A DNA stretch of 64,000 nucleotides from Jejuia sp. (GTDB taxonomy: Bacteria > Bacteroidota > Bacteroidia > Flavobacteriales > Flavobacteriaceae): assembly GCA_049889775.1 (NCBI GenBank), contig JBMHCT010000021.1, positions 39,024 through 103,023 on the forward strand, read 5' to 3'. Positions 27,386 to 36,928 of this stretch are shown here, piece after piece; position 1 is the first letter of the stretch; the number at the start of each line of letters is the position of its first letter. Both the position numbers and the translations under genes were made by a program. Under the pieces are notes generated by a model, which worked only from the letters and a program-made list of their open reading frames with translations, was not told the origin of the DNA and searched no databases.

Positions 27386-29221
27386 ATGAGTCATTTCAAA
27401 AATATTTTAAGCTACGCAAAACCATATAAGCGTTTTGCCATTGGACACATTATTTCTAATGTGTTTTTTGCTTTATTTGGTACATTATCATTTATCTCAT
27501 TAAGCCCTATGCTTAAAGTGATTTTTAATGTTGAAGAGGTTATTCCTAAAACAAAACCAACCTATCAAGGCTTAAGTAAAATAGATGAATTTCTAGGAAA
27601 TTATCTTAATTACGAAATGCATCAATTTACAGGCGGCGATAAGAGTAAAGCATTAATGTTTACCATCGGCCTAATTGTAATAATGTTCCTATTAAAAAAT
27701 CTTTCAGGGTATCTTGCGAATTATTTTTTGGTGTTTTTGCGAAATGGTGTTATTCGTGATATTAGAAATAAGGTGTATAAAAAAACCATGGAACTACCAT
27801 TGTCATTCTTTTCAGAACAAAGAAAAGGCGATATTTTGGCGAGGGTAACGGGCGACGTACAAGATTTACAATACTCGTTTCTCTCAGTCCTAGAGCTAAT
27901 TGTGCGTGAACCGTTGACCATTATATTCACCATTATAGCAATGATATATATAAGTCCGCAACTTACACTTTTTGTATTCATTTTTATTCCCATTATGGGA
28001 TTTGTGATATCTAGAATTGGCAAAAGTTTAAAACGTAAATCAGACCGTGTTCAAAAAGAACAAGGCATGTTTTTATCGACATTAGAAGAAACATTAACTG
28101 GCTTAAGGATTATTAAAGGGTTTAGTGCTGAAGATAAATTTAATTCAACCTTTAAAGAGTCTACCAATAGGTTTTATAACTTTTCAAATAAATTATTAAA
28201 TCGTCAAAACCTAGCGTCTCCTGCAAGCGAGTTTCTAGGTATTTGTATGATTTCGGTGATATTATGGTACGGTGGTAATTTGGTGTTGAACAACGATAGT
28301 AATTTGGCGCTTGATGGCAGTCAGTTTTTGATTTACATGGGGCTCGCTTATAATATACTTACACCGGCAAAAGCTATTTCACGAGGATTATACAATATTA
28401 AAAAAGGAGGTGCTGCTGCAGAACGTATTCAAGAAATTATTGATATGCCGAATCCTCTCAAGGATAAAACAGATGCTATTGTAAAAGAAGGTTTCAGTTC
28501 TCAAATAGAATTTAAAAATATCTGGTTTAAGTATCAAGATGAATACGTGCTAAAAGATTTTAGCTTAACCATCCCAAAAGGTAAAACTGTTGCTTTGGTA
28601 GGACAATCTGGAAGCGGAAAATCTACAATTGCAAATCTTATTACTCGATTTTATGATGTTAATAAAGGGGAAATTCTTTTAGATGATATAAATATTAAAG
28701 ATTTAACAACAAATTCATTAAGACAACATTTGGGTATAGTAACCCAAGATGCCATTCTATTTAATGAAAGCATTAAAAACAACTTAAAACTAGGAAATGA
28801 AAATGCCACAGACGAAGAAGTTATTGAAGCTTTAAAAGTGGCTAACGCCTGGGAGTTTGTAAAAGACCTTGATGGTGTTTTAGATTTCAACATTGGTGAT
28901 GCTGGAATTAAAGTCTCAGGTGGACAAAAACAAAGACTTAGTATTGCGAGAGCCGTCTTAAAAAGCCCACCAATAATGGTATTAGACGAAGCTACTTCCG
29001 CACTTGATACAGAAAGCGAGCGATTAGTGCAAGTTGCCCTAGAAAACATGATGAAAAACAGAACATCCATTGTCATTGCCCATAGGCTATCAACTATTCA
29101 AAATGCCGATGAAATAGTTGTCTTAAGTAAGGGGGAAATCGTGGAAAAAGGGAAACACAAAGACCTGATGGCTAAAAAAGGTGCCTATCAAAAACTTGTG
29201 GAGATGCAAAGTTTTGAATAA
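27386..29221 (+). CDS. MsbA-like ABC exporter (TMD+NBD)
   Basis: TM domain, GQSGSGKST, VSGGQKQRLSIARA, VLDEATSALD, IAHRLSTI. Confidence 0.92.
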   Translation: MSHFKNILSYAKPYKRFAIGHIISNVFFALFGTLSFISLSPMLKVIFNVEEVIPKTKPTYQGLSKIDEFLGNYLNYEMHQFTGGDKSKALMFTIGLIVIMFLLKNLSGYLANYFLVFLRNGVIRDIRNKVYKKTMELPLSFFSEQRKGDILARVTGDVQDLQYSFLSVLELIVREPLTIIFTIIAMIYISPQLTLFVFIFIPIMGFVISRIGKSLKRKSDRVQKEQGMFLSTLEETLTGLRIIKGFSAEDKFNSTFKESTNRFYNFSNKLLNRQNLASPASEFLGICMISVILWYGGNLVLNNDSNLALDGSQFLIYMGLAYNILTPAKAISRGLYNIKKGGAAAERIQEIIDMPNPLKDKTDAIVKEGFSSQIEFKNIWFKYQDEYVLKDFSLTIPKGKTVALVGQSGSGKSTIANLITRFYDVNKGEILLDDINIKDLTTNSLRQHLGIVTQDAILFNESIKNNLKLGNENATDEEVIEALKVANAWEFVKDLDGVLDFNIGDAGIKVSGGQKQRLSIARAVLKSPPIMVLDEATSALDTESERLVQVALENMMKNRTSIVIAHRLSTIQNADEIVVLSKGEIVEKGKHKDLMAKKGAYQKLVEMQSFE

Positions 29222-29253
29222 ATCTTCTGAAAACATTTTGGTATAAAAAGAAA

Positions 29254-29283
29254 AAAGGATAGTGATTTGGGCAACTATCCTTT
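29254..29283. terminator. Bidirectional terminator between the ABC exporter and serpin genes
   Basis: AAAGGATAGT-loop-ACTATCCTTT flanked by A/T runs. Confidence 0.7.
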
Positions 29284-29427
29284 CTTTGTTCATGCTAGAC
29301 TTGGGGACGACTAACATTTATAAGTAGGTTTCTGATACAAACATATGCCAAATCTTGATACAAACCAAGAAAAAAATGTTTTTTATCGTATTTTTTTGTA
29401 TTTCGTCGATTAATAGTAGTTATATTA

Positions 29428-30669
29428 TCAAATAGAAGGGTCTCCCATATGACCTATAAAACAGATAGCCCCAGTATATTTTTCTTTGATTAAGTATAAA
29501 AAAGGTCGGCTACCTCTAAATCTAGGGCGAGCAGATGTAACACCTGAACCTATTATTGCAGCTGCAGCTTCTGTCCCTTCTTCATTTACTTCAATAAATG
29601 TTTTTTGACGAATTTTAGATATAGAAATACTGCTATTAATATTGCTAAAATCTGCTTCAGAACCAAAAATAGAAAGTCCTAAAGATTCCAAAGCTATTTT
29701 TAAATCAATATCATATTCTGTTCTAAATCTAGGTAAATAGACCTCCAAATCCTCGTATATTGCCCCCTCTTCTTCAATTTGCGCAAGAAAGTCTACACTC
29801 AAATTATTAATAATATCAGAAGTGATATAGTTTCCATTAGGCATTAGTAAAACCATTTCAAATCGTTCTTCTTCATAAGGCAATATGATAGAACTAAACT
29901 GATCATTACTAAACCAATGAATATCCTCTTTCATTTTCATCATCATTACCTTTTTCGTGTCACCATCATAAGGAAAAAAAGAAGCTTCACGGGTTAAATT
30001 ACTATTAAATGTGTACTTCCATACAGATTTAAAATAAATTGCATTAAGTAAAGCCATTACAGTATTTACACTTAATCCGTCTGCTATGTCATCAATCTTC
30101 CCGTTTGTGTTTTCGCTTGCCCAACTATTTATTTTGTCCTTAGCAATTTGAGATCCAAAATTTACATTCTCAACTGTACTATTATAAAATATTCTATTAA
30201 CATCCAGAAAATCATCTTGAACTGGGAAGCCTTCCTGTACCCAAATTGAGTTGGCTAGATTAAAAGAAGTCCCATCACTTTTAGTCGTCAATGTATCTAT
30301 TAACAACTTATTATAAATATTCATATCTAAAGTTGAAGTACCATTACCTATAACATCCTCAAAAGTAGTTTTCGTCTCGCCAGCAGCACCATTACTCAGC
30401 ATTCCTAAACCCATTGAGACGCTTAAAGGAGAAATCATGTAGTTCACTTTTGCTTCATCTTGAGCTACGGCTCTGAAAAGATCGAAAGCAAAATTATTAT
30501 TATCGGTAACAAAAGCTTGAGCTTCTGGTGTTTTAAGATTTGTATCTATAATCAGCTCATCCAATTCATTTGAATCTGATGAATCTGATGGAAGTTCTAC
30601 AGGCTCAATTGCATTGCAAGAAAACACAAATATGCCAATACCTAGTAAGCAAAGTTTAGTAAAGTTCAT
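29428..30669 (-). CDS. Serpin-family lipoprotein
   Basis: Lipobox VFSC, NYMISPLSV, NAIYFKSVW, hinge VNEEGTEAAAA, RPFLYLIKE. Confidence 0.92.
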   Translation of the reverse strand: MNFTKLCLLGIGIFVFSCNAIEPVELPSDSSDSNELDELIIDTNLKTPEAQAFVTDNNNFAFDLFRAVAQDEAKVNYMISPLSVSMGLGMLSNGAAGETKTTFEDVIGNGTSTLDMNIYNKLLIDTLTTKSDGTSFNLANSIWVQEGFPVQDDFLDVNRIFYNSTVENVNFGSQIAKDKINSWASENTNGKIDDIADGLSVNTVMALLNAIYFKSVWKYTFNSNLTREASFFPYDGDTKKVMMMKMKEDIHWFSNDQFSSIILPYEEERFEMVLLMPNGNYITSDIINNLSVDFLAQIEEEGAIYEDLEVYLPRFRTEYDIDLKIALESLGLSIFGSEADFSNINSSISISKIRQKTFIEVNEEGTEAAAAIIGSGVTSARPRFRGSRPFLYLIKEKYTGAICFIGHMGDPSI

Positions 30670-30731
30670 TTTAAATAATTTTACATAAATATACGAAAAT
30701 TAATACGTTTTATTTTGTACAAGTAGGTATT

Positions 30732-30758
30732 AAACCTTTTAGTATTTTTAAAGTCCAA
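30732..30758 (+). promoter_or_regulatory. Putative ECF-sigma promoter AAACC-N16-GTC (copy 1, upstream of ECF-1)
   Basis: TAAACCTTTT..AGTCCAATA; repeated with identical spacing at 31316-31339. Confidence 0.65.
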
Positions 30759-30774
30759 TAGAAAACGTCATTTT

Positions 30775-31317
30775 TTGACCGACGAAGCGCAATTAGTAAA
30801 ACAATTACAGTCTCCAAATCAAAGAGAAAAAGCCTTTAGAGAATTGATTACACTCTACAAGGAGCGTTTGTATTGGCATATTCGCAATATTGTAAAGTCA
30901 CATGATGATGCTGATGATGCGCTTCAAAATACATTTATTAAAGTTTACAAAAACATTCATAACTTTAAGGGAGATAGCAAATTATTTTCATGGATGTATC
31001 GTATTGCCACTAATGAATCCATTACACTTTTAAATAAGAATGCAAAACGCCTGCAAATTACTAGTGAAGAAGTACAACATTTGGCTATAAACAACTTAAC
31101 TTCCGATGTGTATTTTGAAGGTGAAGCGATTCAACTTAAATTGCAAAAAGCAATTGCAACATTACCAGAAAAACAACAATTGGTGTTTAACATGAAATAC
31201 TTTGAAGAACTAAAGTATAAAGATATCTCAGAAATTTTAGAGACTAGTGAAGGTGCTCTTAAAGCATCATACCATATTGCTGTGAAAAAAATTGAGGCCT
31301 ATTTAATTGATAATTAA
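30775..31317 (+). CDS. ECF RNA polymerase sigma factor (ECF-1)
   Basis: DADDALQNTFIKVY, FSWMYRIATN (region 2); LPEKQQLVF..YKDISEIL (region 4). Confidence 0.93.
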   Translation: MTDEAQLVKQLQSPNQREKAFRELITLYKERLYWHIRNIVKSHDDADDALQNTFIKVYKNIHNFKGDSKLFSWMYRIATNESITLLNKNAKRLQITSEEVQHLAINNLTSDVYFEGEAIQLKLQKAIATLPEKQQLVFNMKYFEELKYKDISEILETSEGALKASYHIAVKKIEAYLIDN

Positions 31318-31342
31318 ACCTTTTTGAAAAGTTAGAGTCAAA
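31316..31342 (+). promoter_or_regulatory. Putative ECF-sigma promoter AAACC-N16-GTC (copy 2, upstream of the anti-sigma gene)
   Basis: TAAACCTTTTT..AGTCAAAATA begins at the ECF-1 stop codon. Confidence 0.65.
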
Positions 31343-31350
31343 ATAAAGAC

Positions 31351-31857
31351 ATGAAAAATAAAAAGTTACATAGCATAAAAACTACCGGGTTTAAAACACC
31401 TAAAGGATATTTTGACAGTTTTGACGAACAACTTCTTCAAAAAATGAATATCGAAAGCAAATTGAATAAAACAATTTCAAGTGGTTTTAAAACGCCTGAA
31501 AATTATTTTGAAGGACTTGAAGAACGACTAATCAAGCAAGTATCCGAAGAAAAAAGCGCCAAAGTTATTTCTTTGTTTAGTAGAAAGAGTTTGGTCTACG
31601 CCTCTAGTATTGCGGCGACTGTTTTACTCCTTATCAGTTTATCGGTATTTAATAATACACCTGAATTTGATGATTTAGAAACGCAAACCGTTGAAAATTA
31701 TATTATTGATGAAAACTTTAGTTCTTATGAAATTGCTGCCTTAATTGACCAAGAGGATTTGAATGAAACTAATTTTGTAAATCATAATTTTGATGAAGAA
31801 GTCATTGCAGACTATTTATTAGAACATGCAGATATTGAATCCCTAATGATAGAATAA
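31351..31857 (+). CDS. Putative anti-sigma factor
   Basis: Two FKTP(K/E)(G/N)YF repeats, one TM helix, acidic C-terminus; directly follows the ECF gene. Confidence 0.65.
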   Translation: MKNKKLHSIKTTGFKTPKGYFDSFDEQLLQKMNIESKLNKTISSGFKTPENYFEGLEERLIKQVSEEKSAKVISLFSRKSLVYASSIAATVLLLISLSVFNNTPEFDDLETQTVENYIIDENFSSYEIAALIDQEDLNETNFVNHNFDEEVIADYLLEHADIESLMIE

Positions 31858-31859
31858 TT

Positions 31860-32300
31860 ATGAAAAAGATACTACTTATAGCGACTGTTTTACTATCTAT
31901 TACAGTAGCAGCACAACAAGACCGATGGGAAAAAATTAAAGCCCTAAAAGTTGCTTTTATTACTGAAGCTTTAGACCTAAGTGAAAAAGAGTCTCAAGAA
32001 TTTTGGCCTATTTATAATGAATTTGAAGAAGCCTCGAACAAAATACGACATCAAGAAATGCGGGCGATTCGCAATGAAATTAGAGAAAACGCCGAAGGCC
32101 TTACAGACGAAAAAGCACTTGAATTGATTAAAAAATTTAATGCCGCCGAAGAGCGCATGTACGCTTTAAGAAAAGAATTTTCTAAGAAAGTATTAACTAT
32201 TATTCCAGCAAAAAAAATTATAAAACTTAAATTAGTGGAAGAAGATTTTAAACGGAAAATGCTAAAAGAATTTCAAAAACGTAAAAAAGAAAGAGGTTAA
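31860..32300 (+). CDS. Spy/CpxP-like periplasmic protein
   Basis: Signal peptide; KIKALKVAFITEALDLSEKESQEFWPIYNEF helical pattern. Confidence 0.7.
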   Translation: MKKILLIATVLLSITVAAQQDRWEKIKALKVAFITEALDLSEKESQEFWPIYNEFEEASNKIRHQEMRAIRNEIRENAEGLTDEKALELIKKFNAAEERMYALRKEFSKKVLTIIPAKKIIKLKLVEEDFKRKMLKEFQKRKKERG

Positions 32301-32313
32301 ACACCTCTTTTTT
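32291..32313. terminator. Terminator between convergent genes
   Basis: AAGAGG-TTAAACA-CCTCTTTTTTT. Confidence 0.6.
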
Positions 32314-33405
32314 TTATTCTCTAAACGTTAGTTTTGCGACTCTTCCGTATCCGGCTGCATAGGCCGTAGAATCATTTAAAAATCTTAAAGTAAAAAAACC
32401 TTCTTCGCTTAAATGTTTCCATGAATTCCCTGAATCATTGCTATAATCTATACCTTTAAAGCCAATAGCAACCAAAGCCTTTCCTTTACTATTTGGAACG
32501 TATTGCACACAACTTCTATACCCTGGGTTTTCATTTTGTGCAACCAATTCCCAAGTTTTTCCGCCATCACTAGTTCTTATCTTATTTGCAGCGTTATCAT
32601 CAGCTTTTGTATAATCACCACCTATCGCAAACCCATTAAGTTCATCATAAAAATCAATAGAATACATACCCGTTGTTTCTTTCCCTTGAATAATTGGCGT
32701 TTCGTAAACCTCCCAAGTTTCGCCTTTGTCGGGAGAGTATAAAATTCTACTAGCCTTTCCGCCAGTAGCTACCCAAGTATGATCTCCAACAATAGCAATA
32801 TTGGTATCACTCGCCGCAAAAGCTGCTTCTCCTTCAAGGGCTTTTGGTAAATCTTCACAAGACAATTTAACCCAAGAGTTGCCTCCATCTCTGGTAATAA
32901 TAATGCTCATGCAGTCTTCCGTTGGATCTCCAATGGCAATACCCTCTTCGTCATTCCAAAACTCCATGGAATCGTAAAAGGCTTTTGGGTGGATTTCCTT
33001 GTAAACAGTATCGAGAGACTCATGTGCCGCTCGAAGAAGATAAGCTGGACTTCCAATAGTCAATCCAAACTCTCCATTTTTAGTTGTCGCAACCGCTCTA
33101 TAATTCAATTCTATATTAACGCCTTTCATCTTCTCAAAATAGCCATATACTTTACTGCTATTCGACTTCTTATCTCCGTTAATACCTTCAATAATTAATC
33201 CTCCTTCCCCAACTGAACTCAAAAAAATGCATCCCTCATCATTTTTCAATAATTCCAAAGCCCTCACATTCAATAATGAATCTGTAATAAGTTCTTCAAT
33301 TTCAACTTTAGTAAAATCTTTTGGGATAAAACTAACCTCTTTTTTACATGATAAAAACAAAAGAATGACTACCAGAAATAATAATCTAAATTTCATACAA
33401 CTCAA
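32314..33405 (-). CDS. BNR/YCF48-like beta-propeller lipoprotein
   Basis: Asp-box repeats (TRDGGNSW, SPDKGETW, TSDGGKTW, SNDSGNSW); AFAASDT motif. Confidence 0.85.
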   Translation of the reverse strand: MSCMKFRLLFLVVILLFLSCKKEVSFIPKDFTKVEIEELITDSLLNVRALELLKNDEGCIFLSSVGEGGLIIEGINGDKKSNSSKVYGYFEKMKGVNIELNYRAVATTKNGEFGLTIGSPAYLLRAAHESLDTVYKEIHPKAFYDSMEFWNDEEGIAIGDPTEDCMSIIITRDGGNSWVKLSCEDLPKALEGEAAFAASDTNIAIVGDHTWVATGGKASRILYSPDKGETWEVYETPIIQGKETTGMYSIDFYDELNGFAIGGDYTKADDNAANKIRTSDGGKTWELVAQNENPGYRSCVQYVPNSKGKALVAIGFKGIDYSNDSGNSWKHLSEEGFFTLRFLNDSTAYAAGYGRVAKLTFRE

Positions 33406-33471
33406 TTTTTATAAAAATAAAAAAGCTTCGCGAACTACCACGAAGCCTTCAAAAAAAACTATCAATCAAAT

Positions 33472-34218
33472 TTACACTTCACGTTTCAAAATTTCAATAT
33501 GGCGCTTTAAACGCTCTACATCAATTTCGATAGTGCCATTGTAAACACCACGAATGTATCCCGACTTATCTACCAGAATAAAATTTTCAGTATGAATAAA
33601 ATTGCTTTCATCTTGGGTTTTGATGAAATCTTCATCAGCAAAATAGCCATGTCTTGCTATGTCGTAAAGTTTATCTTTATCACCTGTTACTAAATGCCAT
33701 TTGTTAGCATCTACATTATGTTTTTGGGCATAGTTTTGTAAAACTGGAATAGAGTCTTTCCATGGCATGACCGTATGCGAAAGTAAAATGATATCATGGT
33801 CTGTTCTATAGGTTTCTTGAATCGCCTCCATGTTTTTAGTAAGCTTTGGACAAATACCAGGACAACTTGTAAAAAAGAAATCGGCAATATATATTTTACC
33901 CTTTAGGGTAGCATTGGTAACAGCTTGACCATTTTGATTGGTAAAGGTAAACTCTGGGATTTTGTGTTTTGGCGTATTCCATTGCGGTGTAAAATCTGCA
34001 GAATTAAAGTAGGGTAATTTGGTGATTTCCGCAGAAATTGTAGTCTCGTTTGATTGATTTTTACAACTTAAAACACTAAAATAGATCAGAAATAAGAAAG
34101 CAAGAATTCTAACTATAATTCCACCAAGGGTAGGAATAATTACTAATGACCTATCTATATTTATTTTATGAGATACTGAATCAAGTTCAGTATGACATTT
34201 TTTATTACTTAATTTCAT
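33472..34218 (-). CDS. SCO1/SenC-family copper chaperone lipoprotein (start uncertain)
   Basis: DFFFTSCPGICP (CxxxC) and FIHTENF (His ligand); lipobox VLSC lies unusually far from the only upstream ATG (34218). Confidence 0.88.
   Translation of the reverse strand: MKLSNKKCHTELDSVSHKINIDRSLVIIPTLGGIIVRILAFLFLIYFSVLSCKNQSNETTISAEITKLPYFNSADFTPQWNTPKHKIPEFTFTNQNGQAVTNATLKGKIYIADFFFTSCPGICPKLTKNMEAIQETYRTDHDIILLSHTVMPWKDSIPVLQNYAQKHNVDANKWHLVTGDKDKLYDIARHGYFADEDFIKTQDESNFIHTENFILVDKSGYIRGVYNGTIEIDVERLKRHIEILKREV
34171..34196 (-). repeat. REP-like hairpin, family B, in frame in the SCO N-terminal extension
   Basis: AGATACTGAATCAAGTTCAGTATGAC; encodes CHTELDSVS on the minus strand. Confidence 0.75.
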
Positions 34219-34774
34219 CTTTGTCAACAGTTACGATGTAACATTTTTTAAGACCAATTAAACCAAAACGCTCCCCATTCACAACTTCATAATTGGCCTT
34301 AATATTCCCGTTATGTTTCCATAATTTTTGTGTCCCCAACTCCTTACCATTTTCAAAATTAAAAGCTTTAAGTGGTTGCCCCGACTCGCACCATTCATTC
34401 ATAACTCCATGGTGCTCTCCTTTTTCATTAAAATGGTATTCAAACTTTAAATTTCTATTTGGCCACCAAGACCTATGGATTCCTGTTTTATAGCCTTCAA
34501 CATAAAAGCGTTCTAAAAGTTGATCACCTGTTTTATACCAACGTATTTCTTGCCCGTGTTTTTTACCGCTCTTATACTCAATTTGAGATAGTTTTTCCCC
34601 AGTATCATAATTTGAGATTACTACGCCATCAAATTCATAACCTTGATAAAGCAAAATACCATTATGTAATGTCAGCCCTTCATCTAATGTATCCACAGTT
34701 TGGATATCAGAATTGGAATTACAATCCAAAAGTAATATTGCCAAAAGTGCGATATATAAAACACTCAACTTCAT
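34205..34774 (-). CDS. MORN-variant repeat (YwqK-like) lipoprotein
   Basis: Repeats such as YKSGKKHGQEIRWY and FENGKELGTQKLW; lipobox-like LLDC. Confidence 0.75.
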   Translation of the reverse strand: MKLSVLYIALLAILLLDCNSNSDIQTVDTLDEGLTLHNGILLYQGYEFDGVVISNYDTGEKLSQIEYKSGKKHGQEIRWYKTGDQLLERFYVEGYKTGIHRSWWPNRNLKFEYHFNEKGEHHGVMNEWCESGQPLKAFNFENGKELGTQKLWKHNGNIKANYEVVNGERFGLIGLKKCYIVTVDKDEIK

Positions 34775-35569
34775 TTATTGTGAAATGTTTCCAGGATTAC
34801 CGAAGTAACCATTTCCATTAAGGTAAGGGTCTTCACTCGTAATATGATAGTGATAAATTCCATTTGGGAAATCTGTATTGGCATGCGTATGACCATGATA
34901 AACATCTAAATCATCATTGGTAACTACCTCTCCATTTTCCATAGGCCCATACACTGGAAATCCATCTGACAAGAGTCCTAAAAAAGCATCGTCTCCAAAC
35001 GTTTCCGTAAGAAAGGTTGGTTCAATATGATAATGGTAATTATCACGTCCCGCAGGATGCCCTAAGTACTGATCAAAAGAATCAATCTCGTTGGTTAGCG
35101 GTGAACCACCCGCAGCGTATTGATTAAAAAATATCACACCATTTCGTGCAATACCAATCGGCCCCATTCCTGTGGCTTCTTTATTGTTAGCTTCCGATGG
35201 ATTTAACGTCATGGTAAACACTATATTTTGTTCACTTATTCTATTAGGGTTGATTCTAAAATTTGAATTTGTACCATTATATGGTGTATATAGCGGATTA
35301 TCTGTTGGCCAATACGGACTCTCGTGATTTGGTAAATCTGTAGTTGTAAAAGTAACAGTGTTACCATTTACGGCGTAAGTTAGTCCTGTACCTTCAAACT
35401 TTGATAAAATACCACTAATATCGTAATTGGTTTCCGTTGGCTGTTCTGTTTCTTCTTCCTCTTCTTCCTGAACCATTACATCATCGCTACTTTTGCTGCA
35501 AGCGCTTAAAAAAAATACGATTAGTAAAACGTTAAGATAATAGATAAAATTTGGTGCTAATTTTTTCAT
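34775..35569 (-). CDS. YHYH-domain lipoprotein 1
   Basis: Lipobox LSAC, LPNH, GH..NYHYH, DGFPVYGP, HGH..YHYH. Confidence 0.85.
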   Translation of the reverse strand: MKKLAPNFIYYLNVLLIVFFLSACSKSSDDVMVQEEEEEETEQPTETNYDISGILSKFEGTGLTYAVNGNTVTFTTTDLPNHESPYWPTDNPLYTPYNGTNSNFRINPNRISEQNIVFTMTLNPSEANNKEATGMGPIGIARNGVIFFNQYAAGGSPLTNEIDSFDQYLGHPAGRDNYHYHIEPTFLTETFGDDAFLGLLSDGFPVYGPMENGEVVTNDDLDVYHGHTHANTDFPNGIYHYHITSEDPYLNGNGYFGNPGNISQ

Positions 35570-35745
35570 GATTACTTTTTATAAATTCTTCAATGATCCA
35601 AACTCTGCTCTTAAAACTTACTTTGTTAAACACATATAAATCATAATAACATTTAATTTCAAGATCGTTACGGTTAATACAATAAGTATGTAACCTAGTT
35701 TACTTCGCTTAGTTTCCATGGGACATTCGATTTGGTTTATGATTT

Positions 35746-35774
35746 TAGATGCGTCTTTTTAAAAAAACTTGCGC
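35746..35774 (-). promoter_or_regulatory. Putative ECF-2 promoter GCAAG-N15-GCATC (copy upstream of YHYH-1)
   Basis: Minus strand GCGCAAGTTTTTTTAAAAAGACGCATCTA; one of four copies with identical spacing. Confidence 0.75.
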
Positions 35775-35789
35775 ACTACAATTAAAAAA

Positions 35790-36914
35790 TCATTCTCTTC
35801 TTCGTTGTCCAAGATTTGGGGGTTGCATCTGCTGTAATTCCAACTCAATTATAAACCCATCATTATTCTTGTCCACATCACCAAATCTTGAAGCCAAAGG
35901 CCCTCTTGCCTCTGATTTAGAAATTTTTCCATCATTATTGTTGTCCATATTCTCCATTAACTGCGTTAGTGTTGGCCTACCTCTTCTTTCGTTTGTTGAA
36001 ACTTCTCCCATTAAACATCTACTAACATAAGGAAATTCATCAGTAACTAAGTAAATATAATTTCCATCTAAATTAATACCGTTACATTCGTCTAAATCTC
36101 CCGAACCTTCAACAAACTCAAAATCAGATGTATATGTGCCATCATGATGTCCTCCAATTGAAATATCTCTAGAACTGCGTCTTGTTTCGTAAGTACAATC
36201 TTCTCCTTCTCTATTTCCTCCCAATAATTTATAACTTGGTTTGTACATACCACTTTTAGAATAGTATATAGGAAAACCATCAAGGGCAAACCCAACATGC
36301 ACCAAATCTTCACCAGTATCAAAACTCTCTACTACAGATGTTGGTGTTCCATGATAATGATAAGCTCCCGAAGGTTGCACATGCGCATTGTTAAAATCTA
36401 AACCCAGATTAATCATATTCTGAAACGCTTCAACTCTATAGTTCTCACCGGTATCACACTCCACAACCTCAGCAGTTCCAGGTTCAAACTTTACGCCATT
36501 TAAAGCTACTCCTGGTTCTCTAACCCAATTTGGCACTCCAATATATTTCGGATTTAAAGGAAATGAATAGGTTTTATTTTGTGCAGAAATAGTATTTGGA
36601 TTTCCCGGACCTGGAAACTCACCGGTTTCATGATTAGGTAAGGCATTTGTAACCATAGTTCGGACATTACCAGTAATTTTTACTATGGTACGTGTTCCAA
36701 AACCCTTATCTTCAAGCGTATATGCTCCAAAATAATCATTTGTCTCTTTTGAAACCTCAATGCCTTTATGCTTGTGCGAATGAGAATTCCCATCATGGGT
36801 ATGATACTCATCATGATCATGTACGTGTCCATGTGCGCTAGAACTTTTATGCATATGGCATCCCATAAACGTTAATAAGATGGCAAATCCCAAGAGTTCT
36901 ATAATTGTTTTCAT
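35790..36914 (-). CDS. YHYH-domain lipoprotein 2 with His-rich N-terminus and two C-terminal EF-hands
   Basis: Lipobox FMGC; HGHVHDHDEYHTHDGNSHSHKH; AHVQPSGAYHYHG; DGFPIY; DNNNDGKISKSE and DKNNDGFIIELE. Confidence 0.85.
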   Translation of the reverse strand: MKTIIELLGFAILLTFMGCHMHKSSSAHGHVHDHDEYHTHDGNSHSHKHKGIEVSKETNDYFGAYTLEDKGFGTRTIVKITGNVRTMVTNALPNHETGEFPGPGNPNTISAQNKTYSFPLNPKYIGVPNWVREPGVALNGVKFEPGTAEVVECDTGENYRVEAFQNMINLGLDFNNAHVQPSGAYHYHGTPTSVVESFDTGEDLVHVGFALDGFPIYYSKSGMYKPSYKLLGGNREGEDCTYETRRSSRDISIGGHHDGTYTSDFEFVEGSGDLDECNGINLDGNYIYLVTDEFPYVSRCLMGEVSTNERRGRPTLTQLMENMDNNNDGKISKSEARGPLASRFGDVDKNNDGFIIELELQQMQPPNLGQRRRE

Positions 36915-36928
36915 AATGCTATGATTAA

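Noticed and set aside
34205-34774. Toxin-antitoxin system implied by the YwqK-like repeats
   Set aside because: The label reflects MORN-variant repeats only. The protein has a lipoprotein signal and no toxin gene is adjacent.
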